The notes under the pieces are model-generated. The model was not told the DNA's origin. It saw only the letters and a list, made by a program, of their open reading frames with translations, and did not search any database. The position numbers were made by a program, and so were the translations under genes. Shown piece after piece: positions 59,816-64,000 of a stretch of 64,000 nt of DNA; position 1 is the stretch's first letter, and each line of letters starts with the position of its first letter. The stretch is from Ignavibacteriota bacterium (GTDB lineage Bacteria > Bacteroidota > Ignavibacteria > UBA10030): assembly GCA_963727825.1 (NCBI GenBank), contig CAVSHO010000001.1, forward strand, positions 352,001 through 416,000, read 5' to 3'.

Positions 59816-62800
59816 ATGGAACAAATGCACAGTTTACTAAAACGTCAACTTAGACGATGTTTCGGCGATCAGTTCCACATTCCTGAGGATTGGCAGGAAT
59901 TTATTAATGCGGTGGATAACGCCTATTGGGAATCCGATATGGATCGGGGGATGCTGGAACGTTCTCTTGAGCTGAGTTCACAAGAGCTTCTCCAGGCAAA
60001 TTCGGAAATGCGGGCAATATTTTTAGCAATACCTGATTTACTCTTTCGAATTGATGGTGAGGGCAGGATACTTAATTACAAAGCAGGTTCTACCACAGAT
60101 CTATTTCTTGATCCCAAGGAATTACTGGGGAAACGAATTCAAGATGTTCCATTAAAACAGGTTAGTGAGAAATTCAGTGAAGCGATTCAACAAGTGCAAG
60201 AATTAAAAACAATTGTCAGCATAGAGTATTCACTATCCATGCAAAATCAACCGCTTTTCTTTGAAGCCAGACTTGTGCCACTCCACAAGGATCAAATTGT
60301 GGTCATTATTCGCAACATCACTGAGCGTAAGCGGACGGAAGAGGCGCTTCAGGAAAGCGAGCTGCGTTTTCGCATGCTTTACGAGAATGCCAAAATAGGT
60401 CTTTACAGAACTACTCCCGATGGAAAAATACTAATGGCAAATAAAATGTTAGTAAAATTGCTTGGTTATCCGTCTTTTGAAAAACTTGTTGAAAGGAACC
60501 TTGAAGGAGAGGATTATGAACCAACGTATAAACGCAAAGAGTTTCTTGAAATAATCGAAAAAGATGGTGAGATAAATGATTTTGAATCAGCGTGGATTCG
60601 TCAAGATGGCAGTATGTTTTTCATACGAGAGAGTGCTCAAGCAATTCGTGATTCTCAAGGTAACACAATATACTACGACGGAGTAATGGAGGATATCACC
60701 GAACGCAAACAAGTGGAAAAAGCATTGCAAGAGAGCGAGAATAAATTTAGAGCGATAATTAATGGAATGATAGATTCAGTATGGGTGATTGATTCCTCTG
60801 CCAATATCATTGATGTCAACAATTCTGCCATAGAAATTATGGGTTATTCAAGGGAAGAATTGCTTTCTATGAAAATTGGTGATATTGATGCTTACAATTA
60901 TCCCAAAGAAATAAAAGAGCTTACAAGTAAGGTGCCAATAGATAAAATTCAGACTTTTGAAACCTGTCATAAAATTAAAGATGGGAGAAAAATTCCAGTA
61001 GAGATTAATTCCAGTCTTATTGCGTATGGAGATAAAAAAGCTATTTTGTGTATTGCAAGAGATATTACCGAACGCAAACGAGCTGAAGAAGCATTAGAAT
61101 TAGCTGCAAAACGCTTCAAATTGGTAGCATTAGCTACACGAGATGCGATCTTCGATTGGGACTTGAACACACATCAAATCTGGAGAAATGAAAACTATCA
61201 ACAACTCTTCGGATCAATGGAAGTGAGTCTGGATAATACCGATTGGTGGGTGGATCGCATTCATCCGGAGGATCGGGAACATGTCCGTAATACTCACAAT
61301 GCTGCTTTGAAGGGCGATACTGATATGGTATCGGTTGAGTATCGCTTGTGTCGCCCTGATGGATCGTATGCATTTGTTTTTGATCGTTCACATATTGTTC
61401 GTGATACTACAGGCCAACCTACTAGGATGATCGGTGCAATCACTGATATCACCCAACAAAAACGGGCAATGGAGACATTAACATTGCTCAGCCATACGGT
61501 GAAAAGCATCGGCGAATCTATCAGCATAACCGATTTGAGGAATAATATCCTTTTTGTCAACGAGGCGTTTTTGAAAACCTACGGATATACCGAGCAAGAA
61601 ATTATTGGTAAACCAATCAGCATTGTCACTTGCGACCCGGTTACGAGTGAGCAAACGATACTGGCAGAAACGTTTAAAGGCGGCTGGCAGGGAGAACTGG
61701 TGAATAGAAAAAAAGACGGTACAACTTTCCCAATACATCTTTCTACTTCCATCGTCTATAATGAAAATCAAGAACCAATTGGTCTTGTCGGAGTTGCTAC
61801 GGATATCACAGAGCGTAAGCACGCTGAAGAAGCGCTGCGAGAATCTCAAGCTATCTACCGTTCTTTTATTGAACATTTGCCAGCCGGAGTTTTCCGTAAA
61901 GATACTGAGGGTCGCTTTGTTTTCGTCAATTCATTGTTTTGCCGGCTCAAAGGGATGGAAATGGATGAAATCATAGGTAAAACACCACATGAACTTGCAG
62001 TATTTACATCTACAATAAAAGCTACCCGACCTGCTATAATGAAAATGCAATACGAAATAGCGGATGAAGCTGTAAAGCATCAAGAAATGATTATGCAGAC
62101 AGGTAAATCTATTGAGACGGAGGAAGTCTATCCACAACAAGATGGCACAACACGATATTTTCATGTTGTAAAATCGCCAGTCTTTGCTGCCGACGGAAAA
62201 ATAATCGGCATTCAAGGAGTCCAGTTCGATATCACCGAACGTAGGATCGCACAAGAAGAACTCCAACGGGAACGTAATTTACTTCGGACGGTAATCGATA
62301 ATCTGCCCGATGGAATCTATACGAAGGATTTGAATTGTCGAAAGACACTCACAAATAAAACTGATATTTATAATATGGGTCGTGAATCAGATGCTGATGT
62401 GTTAGGAAGAGACGACTATGATCTATTCCCGAAAGAAATGGCGGATAAGTTTATAGCTGATGACCGATATGTTATCCAAACCGGTCTGCCAGTTATTAAC
62501 AGAGAAGAATATGTGGTTGATGCAAAAGGACAGAAACATTTTCTGCTGACCACAAAGTTGCCGTTTCGAGATGAACAAGGCCAGATTATTGGCTTAATAG
62601 GCATCGGTCGCGATATTACCGAGAGAAAACGTGCGGAAGAAGCATTACAAGAAAGCAACGAAAAATTACGAAACATCGTCGAAAATAGTACGAACCTTTT
62701 CTATTCGCGCAACACCGATCAGGTGTTCACGTACCTCAGCCCTCAAGCCAAAGATATTTTTGATTGTGAGCCAAATGAAGCCTTGAATCGTTTTACAGAT

Positions 62801-64000
62801 TTTATGACAGATAATCCGATTAATAAGCTCGGTTGTGAGCTGGCAGAGAAAGCAATCCAGACTTGTCTGCGGCAGGAGACCTATGAACTCGAGCTGATGA
62901 GTAGGAAAGGGCGCCGTGTTTGGGTAGAAATTCAGGAAGCACCTGTCGTGAAGAATGGAAAAACGATTTCTATAGTAGGAGCTGCAACGGATATCACCGA
63001 GCGTAGGTGGGCAGAAATGGCGCTTCAAGTTAGTGAGAAAAAATATAGAGATATTGTTACATGGGCTCCAGTTGGAATATACCAATCAACTCTATCAGGA
63101 AAACTACTCAGTGGTAATAGTCGTATCGCAGAAATGTTGGGTTATGATGATGTGAACGAATTGATTGGGTATAATATGAGGCAAACTATATATTATGATG
63201 AAAAAGATTGGGAGCGTTTTGTTGCTGAAGATGACCTTCATAAAAAAAAGGTGGCTTTGAGTCATGAAACTCGATGGAAGAAAAAAAATGGCTCTGTTAT
63301 ATGGGTCTTAATAACGATCCACGATGTACGAGATAAATCTTCTGAAATTCTCTATTACGAAGGATTTGTGTTTGATATTACCGAGCGTAAGCATGCAGAA
63401 GAAGCTTTACGCGAAAGCGAGGAACGTTATCGTTTGCTTGTTGAGAATTCGACGGATATCGTGACCGAGATTGACGCTGAAGGCAAGTATCTGTACGTCA
63501 GTGCAAATGTTAAATCGATTTTAGACCTTGAACCAATGAGCCTGGTTGGCACTAATGTACTATCAAGAGTATATGGGAAAGATAAAGCTGTAATTGGAGA
63601 GATATTAAGCAAATTAGGTGGAAGTGCAACATACCGATACCGCGATCGATTGAGTGGTTGGCATTGGTTTGAATCCTCGGGGCGAGTCTATTATACATCT
63701 TCAGGTGAACAAAGGATGGTTATGGTCAGCCGCGATGTCACACAGCGACGTAAAGCTGAGCAAGAACTTGAATTATCGAGAAAGCAATTACAGCATTTCA
63801 CAGAACACCTTGAGAATGTTCTTGAAGAAGAGCGAAAAAGAATCTCGCGTGAACTTCATGATGAACTAGGTCAATTGTTAACTATCTTGAAATTTGACTT
63901 AAGTTGGCTTAAATTAGAAGAGGTCAATAGCGATTCCGACACTATTGCGAGAATTGATGCAATGATGGAATCGGTAAATGAAGCACTGACGTCGGTGAAG
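59816..64000 (+). CDS. Cytoplasmic multi-PAS (10 modules) HisKA_3 sensor kinase, 3' truncated by the window; missing from the ORF track
   Basis: ATG 59816 (MEQMHSLLKRQL). In-frame DIT.RK-type PAC ends at 60314, 60692, 61061, 61445, 61802, 62228, 62612, 62990, 63374 and 63734, then EEERKRISRELHDELGQ. Confidence 0.9.
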   Translation, partial: MEQMHSLLKRQLRRCFGDQFHIPEDWQEFINAVDNAYWESDMDRGMLERSLELSSQELLQANSEMRAIFLAIPDLLFRIDGEGRILNYKAGSTTDLFLDPKELLGKRIQDVPLKQVSEKFSEAIQQVQELKTIVSIEYSLSMQNQPLFFEARLVPLHKDQIVVIIRNITERKRTEEALQESELRFRMLYENAKIGLYRTTPDGKILMANKMLVKLLGYPSFEKLVERNLEGEDYEPTYKRKEFLEIIEKDGEINDFESAWIRQDGSMFFIRESAQAIRDSQGNTIYYDGVMEDITERKQVEKALQESENKFRAIINGMIDSVWVIDSSANIIDVNNSAIEIMGYSREELLSMKIGDIDAYNYPKEIKELTSKVPIDKIQTFETCHKIKDGRKIPVEINSSLIAYGDKKAILCIARDITERKRAEEALELAAKRFKLVALATRDAIFDWDLNTHQIWRNENYQQLFGSMEVSLDNTDWWVDRIHPEDREHVRNTHNAALKGDTDMVSVEYRLCRPDGSYAFVFDRSHIVRDTTGQPTRMIGAITDITQQKRAMETLTLLSHTVKSIGESISITDLRNNILFVNEAFLKTYGYTEQEIIGKPISIVTCDPVTSEQTILAETFKGGWQGELVNRKKDGTTFPIHLSTSIVYNENQEPIGLVGVATDITERKHAEEALRESQAIYRSFIEHLPAGVFRKDTEGRFVFVNSLFCRLKGMEMDEIIGKTPHELAVFTSTIKATRPAIMKMQYEIADEAVKHQEMIMQTGKSIETEEVYPQQDGTTRYFHVVKSPVFAADGKIIGIQGVQFDITERRIAQEELQRERNLLRTVIDNLPDGIYTKDLNCRKTLTNKTDIYNMGRESDADVLGRDDYDLFPKEMADKFIADDRYVIQTGLPVINREEYVVDAKGQKHFLLTTKLPFRDEQGQIIGLIGIGRDITERKRAEEALQESNEKLRNIVENSTNLFYSRNTDQVFTYLSPQAKDIFDCEPNEALNRFTDFMTDNPINKLGCELAEKAIQTCLRQETYELELMSRKGRRVWVEIQEAPVVKNGKTISIVGAATDITERRWAEMALQVSEKKYRDIVTWAPVGIYQSTLSGKLLSGNSRIAEMLGYDDVNELIGYNMRQTIYYDEKDWERFVAEDDLHKKKVALSHETRWKKKNGSVIWVLITIHDVRDKSSEILYYEGFVFDITERKHAEEALRESEERYRLLVENSTDIVTEIDAEGKYLYVSANVKSILDLEPMSLVGTNVLSRVYGKDKAVIGEILSKLGGSATYRYRDRLSGWHWFESSGRVYYTSSGEQRMVMVSRDVTQRRKAEQELELSRKQLQHFTEHLENVLEEERKRISRELHDELGQLLTILKFDLSWLKLEEVNSDSDTIARIDAMMESVNEALTSVK

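Noticed and set aside
60314-63750. Recurring GATATCACCGA(A/G)CG repeats that could suggest a CRISPR-like or tandem DNA array
   Set aside because: They are in-frame PAC-end codons (DITER) spaced ~360-430 bp apart within one CDS.

Overview
Bacterial chromosomal DNA of roughly 40% GC. It most resembles Ignavibacteria/Bacteroidota: a T9SS C-terminal NYPNPFNP domain, a Bacteroidota-type exbB-exbD-exbD-tonB-pstS-like-TPR operon, Bacteroidota-type REP palindromes and a DapL lysine pathway. No rRNA, tRNA, CRISPR array or transposase was recognised. The first ~26 kb reads as one phosphate-starvation island. It holds tandem thymidylate-kinase-like genes (candidate heteromeric polyphosphate kinase), ppx, a two-gene split CHAD and a ParB/Srx-like protein. 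It also holds a TonB receptor, a T9SS beta-helix protein and a purple acid phosphatase; EEP, PAP2, HAD and metallophosphoesterase genes with a GT4 glycosyltransferase; an RMD-like TPR protein, a six-hairpin glycosidase, an aspartate-less PhoB paralog, and phoP/phoR. Several of its promoters carry strict 11-bp-period Pho-box-like arrays. The middle has a candidate structured RNA (29.17-29.43 kb), obgE and dapL-dapF. It then has a HAMP-PAS kinase/sigma54 activator pair upstream of a sigma54-type promoter, followed by STAS, ExbB/ExbD/ExbD/TonB, PstS-like, TPR, PsbP-like, KimA-like and TerC genes. The end holds csp, a HAD gene, eda, a decayed response-regulator cluster, a FIST gene and a 10-PAS HisKA_3 kinase that runs off the window and is absent from the ORF track. 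Four apparent frame disruptions (phoR, dapF, the kinase-activator 'fusion', the APC permease) are each repaired by removing one G from a GGTAC, which points to a methylated GTAC motif causing base-calling errors. All product calls come from motif recognition by eye, not database searches.
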